A program made the translations under genes and the position numbers. This document shows, piece by piece, positions 27,190-36,473 of a stretch of DNA of 59,712 nucleotides; the stretch's first letter is position 1; each line of letters begins with the position of its first letter. Where the stretch lies: positions 1 through 59,712 of the forward strand of contig JBCBMS010000017.1 of NCBI GenBank assembly GCA_039822165.1, written 5' to 3'. The stretch is from Chloroflexota bacterium (GTDB taxonomy: Bacteria > Chloroflexota > Anaerolineae > Aggregatilineales > Phototrophicaceae). The notes under the pieces were generated by a model. The model saw only the letters and a program-made list of their open reading frames with translations, was not told the origin of the DNA and ran no database searches.

Positions 27190-28737
27190 ATGGTACAGCT
27201 ACCCACTGCAGCAGACCTGAACCTGTTCCCGGTTCTCCCGGCGATCATCGTAGCAACGGGCATGTGCCTGTTGCTGCTGATTGACCTGTGGATCCCGGAG
27301 GATAAGAAAAATCGGACGGCGTGGCTAGCCCAGGGGATCCTGGTTACGGCCTTTGTCGTGAATCTGTTTACATTCAATGCGAACGATACGGCTGTGATGG
27401 GCATGTACGTTGCCGACCGCGCCACCGCCTTTTTGAACATGGTGACGTTGTTTACCACGTTCATCTGTATCTTCCTGGCGATGGACTATCTCAAGCGCAT
27501 CGGCGCAGAGCGTGGCGAGTTCTACTCGCTCATTCTGTTCTCGGCATCCGGCGCGATGTTCATGGCCAGCGCGAATGATCTGGTGATGATCTTCGTGGCA
27601 CTTGAACTGCTCAGTATCCCGCTGTACGTGATGGCAGCCTTCCGCTACCGCTATGTGCCGGGTGACGAACCGACTCAGACAGAGATCAACAGCGAAGAAG
27701 CCGGGATGAAATACTTTGTTCTCGGCGCGTTTGCCAGTGCATTCTATGTGTATGGCGCGGCCCTGGTTTATGGCGGCACAGGGTCCACTAACCTGAGCGA
27801 AATCTTCCAGTCAGTGTCCCTCATCGGCAGTGACATTGCCGAAGGCTCACTGACGCTGCTGGTGCTGGGCGCGGGCCTCATTCTGGTTGGCCTGGGCTTT
27901 AAAATTGCCGTGTTCCCGTTCCACATGTGGACACCAGACGTGTACGAAGGCTCCCCGACGAACGTGACCGCCTTCATGAGCGTGGCCGCGAAAATCGGTG
28001 GTGTGGCTGCTCTGGCACGCATCCTGGCCTCTGGCCTGCCTGCGCTCGTCGCCGGGACGGGTGAAAACGCCGCGTGGCAGCTTGCTGTATCATCTGTGGC
28101 TATCCTCACGATGGTGCTGGGCAACTTCGTGGCTATCCAGCAGAGTAATATGAAGCGCATGCTGGCCTACTCATCTATCGCGCATGGTGGGTATTTGCTT
28201 ATGGCGATTGCCGCTGCCGGAACGCTCGGCAACAGCGGGGCCACCATGACGGCCATCTCTATCTACCTGCTGACGTATATGTTCACCAACCTGGGCGCGT
28301 TCGCCGTCGTTATGGCGGTCGAAAAGCCGGATGGCACTGGCACCGACATTGACGACCTGGCCGGCCTCAGTCGGTCGCAGCCGTTCCTGGCTGGCCTGAT
28401 GACGCTGTTCATGCTGTCTCTGGTGGGCATCCCGGCGACGGCTGGTTTCATCGGCAAGTATTTTGTGTTTGCTGCTGCTGTGCAGGCCGAACTGTACCTG
28501 CTGGCGACTGTCGGCATCCTGACCAGCGTGGCCAGTGCGTACTACTACATGCGCCCGGTCATTGCCATGTACCTGGCCGACGACGATGTTGAAGGTGACC
28601 CCGCCGAAGGCGCGACACAGTACGTGCGCTGGGCCATTTACATTAGCGGGGCGGGTGTGCTGCTGCTGGGCATTTTACCGGGCCTGGCCACCAGCCTGAT
28701 CGAAGGTCTGGTGATGGTCGCCAGCACCGGCTTCTAA
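27190..28737 (+). CDS. nuoN: NADH-quinone oxidoreductase subunit N
   Basis: 515 aa, canonical NuoN. Confidence 0.9.
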   Translation: MVQLPTAADLNLFPVLPAIIVATGMCLLLLIDLWIPEDKKNRTAWLAQGILVTAFVVNLFTFNANDTAVMGMYVADRATAFLNMVTLFTTFICIFLAMDYLKRIGAERGEFYSLILFSASGAMFMASANDLVMIFVALELLSIPLYVMAAFRYRYVPGDEPTQTEINSEEAGMKYFVLGAFASAFYVYGAALVYGGTGSTNLSEIFQSVSLIGSDIAEGSLTLLVLGAGLILVGLGFKIAVFPFHMWTPDVYEGSPTNVTAFMSVAAKIGGVAALARILASGLPALVAGTGENAAWQLAVSSVAILTMVLGNFVAIQQSNMKRMLAYSSIAHGGYLLMAIAAAGTLGNSGATMTAISIYLLTYMFTNLGAFAVVMAVEKPDGTGTDIDDLAGLSRSQPFLAGLMTLFMLSLVGIPATAGFIGKYFVFAAAVQAELYLLATVGILTSVASAYYYMRPVIAMYLADDDVEGDPAEGATQYVRWAIYISGAGVLLLGILPGLATSLIEGLVMVASTGF

Positions 28738-28758
28738 ACGCCAGATTGCCACAAATTG

Positions 28759-28784
28759 CAGGGACGTAGCATGCTTCGTCCCTG
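28759..28784. repeat. REP-like palindrome (variant of the 32850 element) between convergent nuoN and DHFR-family gene; followed by TTTG
   Basis: cagggacgtagcatgcttcgtccctg. Confidence 0.6.
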
Positions 28785-28796
28785 TTTGCGTCTGGC

Positions 28797-29354
28797 TTAA
28801 CCCTCCACCGCATAGCGCAGGAAGATCACGCCGTTGTTGTAGAGTTTCGTGTCCAGTAGAGACAGCGCCACTGTTTGCTTCAGTGCCCCGAAAACGGGAA
28901 TGCCGCTCCCGAAGATCACCGGGTTTACCTTGAGTATGATTTCATCGACCAGCCCGCATGCCAGCAGGTAACCCGCCAGACTGCCACCGCCGCACAGATA
29001 GATGCTGCCACCTTCTGACGCCTTCAACTGCCGCGTGAACTCAGCCGGGTCGTCGCGCACGATATGCAACTGCTCGTGCTGGTAGTCATCCATTGACTGT
29101 GAAAACACATACTGCTGCATGTGCCCGTAGGTTGGCACGGGCTGCCCCGGCTCTATGCCGAACTGATAGCCCCACTCATAGGTGCGGCGGCCCATCAACA
29201 CAGCGTCGTAGTCGCGCAGGCTCTGCACATAATCCATGATGTGGTGGCCTTCCGTCAGGAAGCCGTCCATCGTTTCGTCTTCATGCGCGATGTAGTGATC
29301 GACCGAGGTGGCGATGTAGTAGACCAGTTTGCGGTTGTTTGATGTCGCTTGCAT
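28797..29354 (-). CDS. dihydrofolate reductase family protein (RibD C-terminal-like)
   Basis: 185 aa; LVYYIATSVDHYIA...GRRTYE pattern. Confidence 0.7.
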   Translation of the reverse strand: MQATSNNRKLVYYIATSVDHYIAHEDETMDGFLTEGHHIMDYVQSLRDYDAVLMGRRTYEWGYQFGIEPGQPVPTYGHMQQYVFSQSMDDYQHEQLHIVRDDPAEFTRQLKASEGGSIYLCGGGSLAGYLLACGLVDEIILKVNPVIFGSGIPVFGALKQTVALSLLDTKLYNNGVIFLRYAVEG

Positions 29355-29363
29355 GGGGAATTT

Positions 29364-29405
29364 CCCTCTCTCTAACCTGATACACCTGTCATTCTAGAGA
29401 GAGGG
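29364..29405 (-). promoter_or_regulatory. 11-bp inverted repeat whose downstream arm on the mRNA covers the AGAGAGAGGG RBS of the DHFR-family gene (possible RBS-sequestering hairpin)
   Basis: ccctctctcta-N20-tagagagaggg, 10 nt upstream of start codon. Confidence 0.3.
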
Positions 29406-29427
29406 GAGCCGCCCGTATTGGAAAAAA

Positions 29428-30249
29428 TTAAACTTTTTCGAAAACGGGCACGTTCGCATTGTGATCCCGGCTCCACGGGGCGTACTCTGTGGGGGTGATG
29501 CCCGCGAACTTACGGAAGTCATTGATAAAGTGCGACTGATCGTAGTAGCCGCAGGCCAGTGCCACGTCGGTTTGCTCTACAGACGAATTTGCCGCCAGCA
29601 TGTGCATTGCTCGCTGGAAACGCTGTACACGCACGTATTGTTTTGGCGTCATGCCCGTGTCTTCCCGGAATACCTGGATAAACCGGGCGTGGCTCAGTGC
29701 GATGTCATCCGCCACCTGCCGCACGGCGACATTACCCGGCGCAGTACGGAACGCCGCCAGGGCATACCCCACTGCCCGATGCCGTGCCTTTGCCCGCACC
29801 AGCCGCTCACACAGTGCCTGCTCCAGTATCTGGAACCGAGCCTGCACCGTACCGGCCTCCAGCAGCCGGCAATAGAGATCACTCGCTGCCAGCCCCCACA
29901 GATCCTCCAGTGAGAGGTGCTGGTTGTGCAGTTCGTGGCCCCCCGCCCCGAAAAATGGCAGCGCCGCCCCCGGCCTGAACAGCACCGCCAGCAACATCAT
30001 AGACTGTGAGGTATCGGTGAGGTATGGCTGCGACTGCCCACCCGATACCAGCGCGTGTGCAATGTGCCGTGTCATCCCGTCAGCGTAGCGCAGCCGGAAC
30101 GGTACGTCCGTCAGGCTGATGACTATCTCCATGTGTCCTATCGGCAGGATGCGCTCTGCCGGGTGCGCCGGATGGTACCCCTCATAGCACCACAGCATCT
30201 CAATAGAGTCGGCCAGTGCGCCCTGTGGCCGGTGTATCGTCAGTGCCAT
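29428..30249 (-). CDS. AraC family transcriptional regulator
   Basis: C-terminal AraC HTH (ANSSVEQTDVALACGYYDQSHFINDFRKFAGITPTEY). Confidence 0.85.
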   Translation of the reverse strand: MALTIHRPQGALADSIEMLWCYEGYHPAHPAERILPIGHMEIVISLTDVPFRLRYADGMTRHIAHALVSGGQSQPYLTDTSQSMMLLAVLFRPGAALPFFGAGGHELHNQHLSLEDLWGLAASDLYCRLLEAGTVQARFQILEQALCERLVRAKARHRAVGYALAAFRTAPGNVAVRQVADDIALSHARFIQVFREDTGMTPKQYVRVQRFQRAMHMLAANSSVEQTDVALACGYYDQSHFINDFRKFAGITPTEYAPWSRDHNANVPVFEKV

Positions 30250-30316
30250 AATCGATTCCTCAGTTCGTTTGCCGGATTCACCGTACCAGCTTCTAACCAG
30301 ACATCACCGTAACTTC

Positions 30317-30343
30317 GTAGGGGCGAAGACTATGCCTTGCCCC
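30317..30343. repeat. REP-like degenerate palindrome
   Basis: gtaggggcgaag-actatg-ccttgcccc + ttt. Confidence 0.45.
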
Positions 30344-30345
30344 TT

Positions 30346-31125
30346 TCAATTAGGATCGGTAAATTTTTCTAGTTGTACAAATCCTTCTTCAGGATTAAAT
30401 TTTGTTCCATCCGGCAGAATCGTCTCACCATCTAGTTTGGTGTAATATTCCCTTGGAACCATGTTGCCATCAACGTAACCTGAAATTGTAATATTTTCTC
30501 GTATGTTTGATCCCTTCAGATTACAGTTTTTTAAATTTGTGCCTCTTAAATCCGCCACTATTAAAGCACCCTCTAAATCCGCCCACCACAATCGTGCCTC
30601 TTGTAATTCTGTTCCAATCAACCTCGCGTGTCTCAAGTCTGTTTTAGTCAGATCAGCATTAATCAAATGTGTTTCAAGTAAAAATGTGTCGCTTAGGTTT
30701 GCGTATCTAAAATCAGCCCCATTAAGATTTGCCCCCTGAAGATGATGTTTACCGCTTAACACCCCGTTTGGACCTACTAACAGATTTTCATATTGCATTT
30801 CTTCAACCGCAACTTTAGCCGTTGTGTTATCTCGGCTACCAGCACGCCTGATAAATTGTTGTTCCTTTTCCTTTCTTACGCGGCGACGATTGAGTACATC
30901 TATAATTCCAACTGCTGCAATGATGCTCAGTATCTCCATCAGTAGGCTCATCATGAATTCGTTATTCACGCGGGGTTGACTGCCATTGAATAGAATGAAT
31001 CCAGCAATCAGGCCAATCATCAACATGATGGAACCCCAGAATAGCGGGGTTTCTGTAATCATTTTGATGCCTTCTTTGCGGGCATTATCGGAACGTGCTT
31101 CTGCTGCCTCAAATCCATTTGCCAT
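30346..31125 (-). CDS. membrane-anchored pentapeptide-repeat protein (AT-rich gene)
   Basis: N-terminal TM helices, C-terminal A(D/N)L..(A/T) pentapeptide repeats. Confidence 0.75.
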   Translation of the reverse strand: MANGFEAAEARSDNARKEGIKMITETPLFWGSIMLMIGLIAGFILFNGSQPRVNNEFMMSLLMEILSIIAAVGIIDVLNRRRVRKEKEQQFIRRAGSRDNTTAKVAVEEMQYENLLVGPNGVLSGKHHLQGANLNGADFRYANLSDTFLLETHLINADLTKTDLRHARLIGTELQEARLWWADLEGALIVADLRGTNLKNCNLKGSNIRENITISGYVDGNMVPREYYTKLDGETILPDGTKFNPEEGFVQLEKFTDPN

Positions 31126-31154
31126 TTACTACCTCCTCAATGTGAAACTGTGTT

Positions 31155-31913
31155 CTATTCTGCCTGTCGGATCGCAAGCCCCATATCCTGATACAGCCGC
31201 AGCGTCTCATCCGGCACCGACCGATCCACCACCAGCCCGGTGACTGCGTTCAACGGCGCAATCAGGTAGGTGGATGCCGCGCCCAGCTTCTCCCCGGACG
31301 CCATCACATACGTCTCCGCTGCCTGCTGTGACAGGGCCAGCTTGATTTTCGCTTCCTCGTAGTCCCCGGTGGTCAATCCGGCCTCAGCATGAACGCCCGT
31401 CACGCCCATGAAGTACACATCGGCGTAAATCTGCCGGATCGCCTCCAGTGCCGCTGCCCCCACCGATACAATCGAGTGCTTGTACAGCCGCCCACCGATC
31501 AGGATCACGTCTACCGTCGGATGTTCCACCAGTTCCACGGCAATACTCGCGCTGTGCGTGACCACTGTGGCCTGCAAATCGACGGGGAGGTGCCGTGCAG
31601 CCTGCACCGCAGTTGTGCCGCCATCCAGCATCACTACCTGCCCCGGCTGAACCATGCCAGCAACCGCCCGTCCGATAGCGACCTTCTCCTGCGGGAGTAT
31701 CGTCTCGCGCTTTGCAAAGTCTGCGATGGCGGGGGAAGCCGGTAGCGCACCGCCATGCACCCGTTGCAGTAAACCCTCGTCGGCAAGCTCCCGCAAATCC
31801 CGCCGAATGGTATCTTCAGACAGGTCAAGCTCCTCACTGATGGCTTTTGCAATCACGCGCCCATCGCGCTTTAGCCGATCCAGAATAAACTGCCTGCGCT
31901 CATCGGGTAACAT
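31155..31913 (-). CDS. DeoR/GlpR family transcriptional regulator
   Basis: N-terminal DeoR HTH (RRQFILDRLKRDGRVIAKAISEELDLSEDTIRRDLREL), C-terminal sugar-binding domain; start at ATG 31913 with GGAGGA RBS. Confidence 0.85.
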   Translation of the reverse strand: MLPDERRQFILDRLKRDGRVIAKAISEELDLSEDTIRRDLRELADEGLLQRVHGGALPASPAIADFAKRETILPQEKVAIGRAVAGMVQPGQVVMLDGGTTAVQAARHLPVDLQATVVTHSASIAVELVEHPTVDVILIGGRLYKHSIVSVGAAALEAIRQIYADVYFMGVTGVHAEAGLTTGDYEEAKIKLALSQQAAETYVMASGEKLGAASTYLIAPLNAVTGLVVDRSVPDETLRLYQDMGLAIRQAE

Positions 31914-32072
31914 GGTGCGGTCCTCCACCTGTAAAAATCCAGTAAATATGCACGTTAATTCCTGATTTCGCATGTTTTTGCATGGTATGATTGGATTCAA
32001 GAAAATTCAGGCAAAAGTGTGTAGGCTCGTGCAATTGCTTGAGCTATCAAATCCATCATAACAGGAGTTCCC

Positions 32073-32456
32073 ATGAACGACCGTAACAAACCCATGCTGA
32101 TTCTCATCGCCGGCCCCTATCGCAGCGGCACCAACGACGACGAGAGCAAGATGGCCGCCAACCTGCGCCACCTTGAGTCTGTATCCTATTCGATTTTTAA
32201 GAAGGGGCATATTCCCATGATCGGTGAATGGGTCGCATTGCCGGTGTGGCGCACTGCCGGAGGCGGCCAGGTTGGTGATGCACTCTACGATGAGATTTTC
32301 CACCCCACCGCCGGACGCCTCATCCAGCACTGTGACGCGATACTTCGCCTGGAGGGGCAGTCCACCGGCGCAGATAACGACGTCCGCCTCGCTAACGAAC
32401 GCGGCATCCGGGTCTACTACAACATCGAGCAAATTCCGGACTTCACGGCAGAATAG
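32073..32456 (+). CDS. DUF4406 / nucleoside 2-deoxyribosyltransferase-like protein
   Basis: MLILIAGPYRSG...HIPM...CDAILRLEG...ANERGIRVY resembles DUF4406 consensus from memory. Confidence 0.55.
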   Translation: MNDRNKPMLILIAGPYRSGTNDDESKMAANLRHLESVSYSIFKKGHIPMIGEWVALPVWRTAGGGQVGDALYDEIFHPTAGRLIQHCDAILRLEGQSTGADNDVRLANERGIRVYYNIEQIPDFTAE

Positions 32457-32461
32457 CAGAA

Positions 32462-33916
32462 CTACGGGCTGCGGATAATTTCCTCTAGCGTACTGTGCGC
32501 GAACTGCTCCACCACCTCAAACGTCGCGTCATCAAACGCGGGATCGAGTGCAATCAGGTCGTTGAGTAACCGTTCGCGCTCTGCGTCGCTGTGATAGTAA
32601 ATCAACACCTGCGCCCGGTCACTTTCCGGCCTGTTTTCCGTGTCGATCCCATGAAAACCTTCGTAGTAGCGCACAGTATAGTTACTCGGATAGCTGTATG
32701 CCAGCGAATCAGAGCCGGTGATGTTCTCTGCAAAGTAAAACGCGGCTATCTCTGCATCTTCGGCAATACCCGTTTCCGGTGACGTGATAATCACGCCGGT
32801 GCGCACAGTATGCGCCGCCACGCCGATAACAAAAACAATCGCAATACCTGTAGGGACGTAGCATGCTACGTCCCTACCCTGACGACTGCAAAAACGCTCC
32901 GTCAAAAACACAATCCCCGCGCCCACCGTCATGAAGTAAATCGGCATCAACGACGACACAATGCGCGGGTATGGGAACACCCGCTGCACCAGCAGTGCCA
33001 GCGTCACCCACACCAGCGCCGTCACCAGCGGAGCCACACTGTACGGCGACCGCGACCGGTGGGTGACCAGTCCAGCGACGGCTGCAAACCCCATCACCGC
33101 CGCCGTGACTGTCGTAAACGGTAGCCACTGATGCGCCCATGCGAAAAAGCCAGCATAGTTCTCGTAGAAGCGCGGGTAATACTCACCGGGTGGAACCGGC
33201 TGCACAAACGGGTTGTTTATCAGCCGATCCAGTCCACTGAACATCATCACCGGCACGTAGAGAATCAGCGTCAGCACGGCGCCCAATCCGATGCCTACGA
33301 CATAGTTCTTTAGCAGCACGCGCCGCCGATACCCCGCGTTATCGAACCAGATGGACAGCAGCAACCACAGTGCCACCGCGCCCATCGGATACAGCATCGT
33401 CGGTATCGTGAGGAAGCCAAGCGCAGACAACAGCGCAAACCACAGCCACTCATTGTTGCGGTTCTTTTCCAGCAAGCGCTGGCCCAGCCAGAACAGCATC
33501 AGCGTAATGAGTACCTGCAAACTGTAGCCCCGTGCATTCACGCTCATATCCAGCAGTGACGGTGACACCGCTACTATCGCCGCCGCCAGCAAGCCTGCCC
33601 CGCGCCCGTAGAATTTTCGTCCCACCTCATACGCGAACGGGATCATCACCACACCGGGAATCCACGCGGCCATGCGCAGGATCACCGGGTGGTTGCCGAA
33701 CACCAGCCACGCCACATGCGCCAGCAAGGAGTGAAAGATGTGGTTGTTTGGCTCAGAGTAGTTGGCCATGATAGACGGCATATTGGTGGAGACGTACTCT
33801 ATGAAGCTCAACGCCTCGTCAAAGCGCATGCTGCGGTCAAAGTAACGGACGCGCAGCCAGTACCCCACCAGCATCATCGCCAGCAGCACCCCATTGTGTA
33901 ACCATCGTCCGCGCAT
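32462..33916 (-). CDS. ArnT/PMT-like (GT39/GT83-type) membrane glycosyltransferase; contains an in-frame palindromic element
   Basis: 484 aa polytopic; N-terminal RMAAWIPGVV..AAIVAVSPSLLDMSVNARGYS pattern of dolichyl/undecaprenyl-phosphate sugar transferases. Confidence 0.7.
   Translation of the reverse strand: MRGRWLHNGVLLAMMLVGYWLRVRYFDRSMRFDEALSFIEYVSTNMPSIMANYSEPNNHIFHSLLAHVAWLVFGNHPVILRMAAWIPGVVMIPFAYEVGRKFYGRGAGLLAAAIVAVSPSLLDMSVNARGYSLQVLITLMLFWLGQRLLEKNRNNEWLWFALLSALGFLTIPTMLYPMGAVALWLLLSIWFDNAGYRRRVLLKNYVVGIGLGAVLTLILYVPVMMFSGLDRLINNPFVQPVPPGEYYPRFYENYAGFFAWAHQWLPFTTVTAAVMGFAAVAGLVTHRSRSPYSVAPLVTALVWVTLALLVQRVFPYPRIVSSLMPIYFMTVGAGIVFLTERFCSRQGRDVACYVPTGIAIVFVIGVAAHTVRTGVIITSPETGIAEDAEIAAFYFAENITGSDSLAYSYPSNYTVRYYEGFHGIDTENRPESDRAQVLIYYHSDAERERLLNDLIALDPAFDDATFEVVEQFAHSTLEEIIRSP
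32850..32877. repeat. perfect 28-nt REP-like palindrome GTAGGGACGTAGCATGCTACGTCCCTAC located in-frame inside the glycosyltransferase CDS (encodes GRDVACYVPT)
   Basis: Perfect self-complementarity; near-identical copy in intergenic position at 28759. Confidence 0.75.
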
Positions 33917-34075
33917 CGCACATCCTCAATTGCATTCTCTTTGCGGGGCGCTGTCCCACACCCCGTCACTTTTTCCAGAAAAAGTGAACAAAGAGCGTCC
34001 CTTCTACTTCTCAAAAGGCGCTTTCTTTGCTCCCTTCTTTATGGAAAGAAAGGAGAGAAAAATAGATATTGAGTC

Positions 34076-35284
34076 TTATTTTAACGCAGACCACACAGTG
34101 GGCACATGGCCCCACACAATGTCATCCGCACCGAGAAACTGTGCCAGATCTTCCACGCTGCGTTGAATCTGGCGTACCAGCCGCTTATGCTTCGGCGCAC
34201 CCGGCTCCGCATACACATTCTGAACATGCAGCGCCCTCGTCTTGCGATCCATCCGCGGATCAATCCGCCCGATCAGTTTATCGCCATACAGAATCGGCAG
34301 CACATAGTAACCATACTGGCGTTTCGCCTTCGGCACATAAATTTCTATCCGGTAGAAGAAGTCAAACAGCAGTTCGGTGCGATCCCGATCACAGATCAGG
34401 TTATCAAACGGAGAGAGCAGCGTGGTACGCGGCGCAAACTCCCCGTCCTGTATCTGTTCCAGCAGCGGCACCTCGTCGGTATGGATGTACCAGTCGCCCT
34501 TCAGCACTTCGCCGTTCTCCACGACCTCGACGCGCTCCAGCAGATGCTCATTCACCAGTGTATCCAGTGTCTCCGTCAGCGTGGTGTAGCGGCCCCGCGT
34601 GTAGTGATATTTGATGTGTGCCGGAGTCCCTGCGCCAAGTGCTTTGATAGCTTTTTGCGCGGCATAGTGTGTGATCTGCCCATCGTTCCAATGTTCTCGC
34701 GGCGTCCACTCCGGCAGATGCCGCTCCGTTAAATCCCAGATGCGCTGCTTGCCCTGTCGCCCCACCACCATAATCTCCCCGCGCGTCCACAGATATTGCA
34801 GAACGCGCGGCACATATCGTGAACTGTACCAGGCGTGGTTGTCGCGGCGTGGATCAACCTCATCAGCCTCAATATCCCGTGAAAGATTGGCACCATGCTC
34901 TCGTAAGTAATCCCGCACGTGGTCGATGAGTTCGGCTGCACCCTGCTCTGCCAGCCACTCGCCATGCTTCGGGTTGGCCGCCTCCTGCCGCATATGCCAC
35001 GCATGCACCGGGTAATCCTCCGTCAGCACGATAGATGCCGCGTGTGCCCAGTACTCGAACAGGTCTTTGCTTTCCCACAACAGCGCGTCAACGTCTGCTT
35101 CTTTGAACCGTCCCAACCGGCTCCACAGCACCAGCAGATGGCTGCGTTCCACTGTACTGATCGGGTCAAGCTGCACACAGCCCATATCGCGGATCACATC
35201 CAGCATAGAAGCCGGTTTGTGTTTGTGTAGATGTTGTTTTGTGATCGCCAGTCGTCGTACATCTTGCCGGGTAAGCTGCCGCAT
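34076..35284 (-). CDS. YcaQ/AlkZ family winged-helix DNA glycosylase (interstrand crosslink repair)
   Basis: 402 aa; N-terminal LAITKQHL...DMGCVQLDP (Q-x-D motif as in YcaQ-type enzymes), HTH_42-like. Confidence 0.65.
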   Translation of the reverse strand: MRQLTRQDVRRLAITKQHLHKHKPASMLDVIRDMGCVQLDPISTVERSHLLVLWSRLGRFKEADVDALLWESKDLFEYWAHAASIVLTEDYPVHAWHMRQEAANPKHGEWLAEQGAAELIDHVRDYLREHGANLSRDIEADEVDPRRDNHAWYSSRYVPRVLQYLWTRGEIMVVGRQGKQRIWDLTERHLPEWTPREHWNDGQITHYAAQKAIKALGAGTPAHIKYHYTRGRYTTLTETLDTLVNEHLLERVEVVENGEVLKGDWYIHTDEVPLLEQIQDGEFAPRTTLLSPFDNLICDRDRTELLFDFFYRIEIYVPKAKRQYGYYVLPILYGDKLIGRIDPRMDRKTRALHVQNVYAEPGAPKHKRLVRQIQRSVEDLAQFLGADDIVWGHVPTVWSALK

Positions 35285-35428
35285 GCTTGTGATGTCCTGT
35301 TTCGGTGTGGTTAGCTCATATGTGCAGCGTAGTATAGCATGAATGTGCGCTTAATTGGCTCTAAATGGTCTGTACCACCTGTGCTACGCTGGTGCGCGTT
35401 GCAGTCACCTGAAAGAGAGCATCCCAAC

Positions 35429-36370
35429 ATGGAAAAAGACACCCGCAACGGCCTCATGTTCGTCATTGCTGCCTCTGTTGGCTATTCGCTGTTTCCGATT
35501 TTCACCAAAACCATCTACAACATCAGCGACATGGGCGAAATTGACCTGACAATCTGGCGCTTTGCCTTTGCGATCCCGTTGATGTGGGTGGGCACCTACG
35601 TGTGGATGCGCGTCACAAAGCCACCGAAGCTGGAAAAACCCCTGCCACGCCTCAAGCTGGCACTGACGGGCATCTTTGCTGTGGCCGCCGCACTGGCCGG
35701 GTTTTTCGGGCTGCGTTATGTAGATGTTGGCATTTATATCGTGCTGTTCTTCACCTACCCGGTGATGACCGCTGTCATCAACACGTTTCTGGGTGAACCG
35801 CTCTCACGGCGGGGGTGGCTGGCGCTGGCGCTCACTATGACGGGCGTGGTGCTGACGGTGATTAATCCGCAGATGTTCAGCGGTGATAGTACCATTCTCA
35901 TTCGGCCACTCGGCATCTGGATTGCGATGGCCAATGCGCTGGTCGTGGCGCTGTTTATGATCTTGAACGGGCGTATTCAGAAGGGGTATCCGACCACTGC
36001 CCGTGCCAGCGCATGGACGATGACGGGCGCACTGTTTGTCACGGTGCCGCTGGCGGCGGTACAGGGCGTTGATGTGCCTGCCACGCCCACGCTATGGCTA
36101 CTGGTGATCGCGATGGCGGCGTTTGCTACAGTGCTGCCATACTTCGGGCTGGTGATGGGCAACAAATTGCTTGGGGCCAACCGCACGTCCATCCTCGGCA
36201 CTATGGAACCCGTGCTGGCGATTCTGCTGGCGGCGCTATTCTTTAACGAACGCATGACGCTGTTGCAGGTGGTGGGTGGGGCACTCATTATCGCCAGCAT
36301 TTTCGTTCTTGAGGCAAGAATCCCCCGGCGCGATGCGTCAAAGGTTCCACAGACTTCTACAGCCAATTAA
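35429..36370 (+). CDS. DMT superfamily (EamA) transporter
   Basis: 10-TM pattern, duplicated EamA halves. Confidence 0.75.
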   Translation: MEKDTRNGLMFVIAASVGYSLFPIFTKTIYNISDMGEIDLTIWRFAFAIPLMWVGTYVWMRVTKPPKLEKPLPRLKLALTGIFAVAAALAGFFGLRYVDVGIYIVLFFTYPVMTAVINTFLGEPLSRRGWLALALTMTGVVLTVINPQMFSGDSTILIRPLGIWIAMANALVVALFMILNGRIQKGYPTTARASAWTMTGALFVTVPLAAVQGVDVPATPTLWLLVIAMAAFATVLPYFGLVMGNKLLGANRTSILGTMEPVLAILLAALFFNERMTLLQVVGGALIIASIFVLEARIPRRDASKVPQTSTAN

Positions 36371-36473
36371 CCTGCACCTGATGCGAAGATAATGTTGTAG
36401 TAGTAGGATATGGGTAGTAAACGGGGCGGTGACTTTCACTGCCCCGTTAATATTGTCAACAATAAGGACTCAC

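Noticed and set aside
33966-33987. AT-rich 9-bp inverted repeat (TCACTTTTT-ccag-AAAAAGTGA) between the YcaQ gene and the glycosyltransferase gene
   Set aside because: Weak AT-only stem with no adjacent U/A tract in the right orientation; not convincing as terminator or operator.
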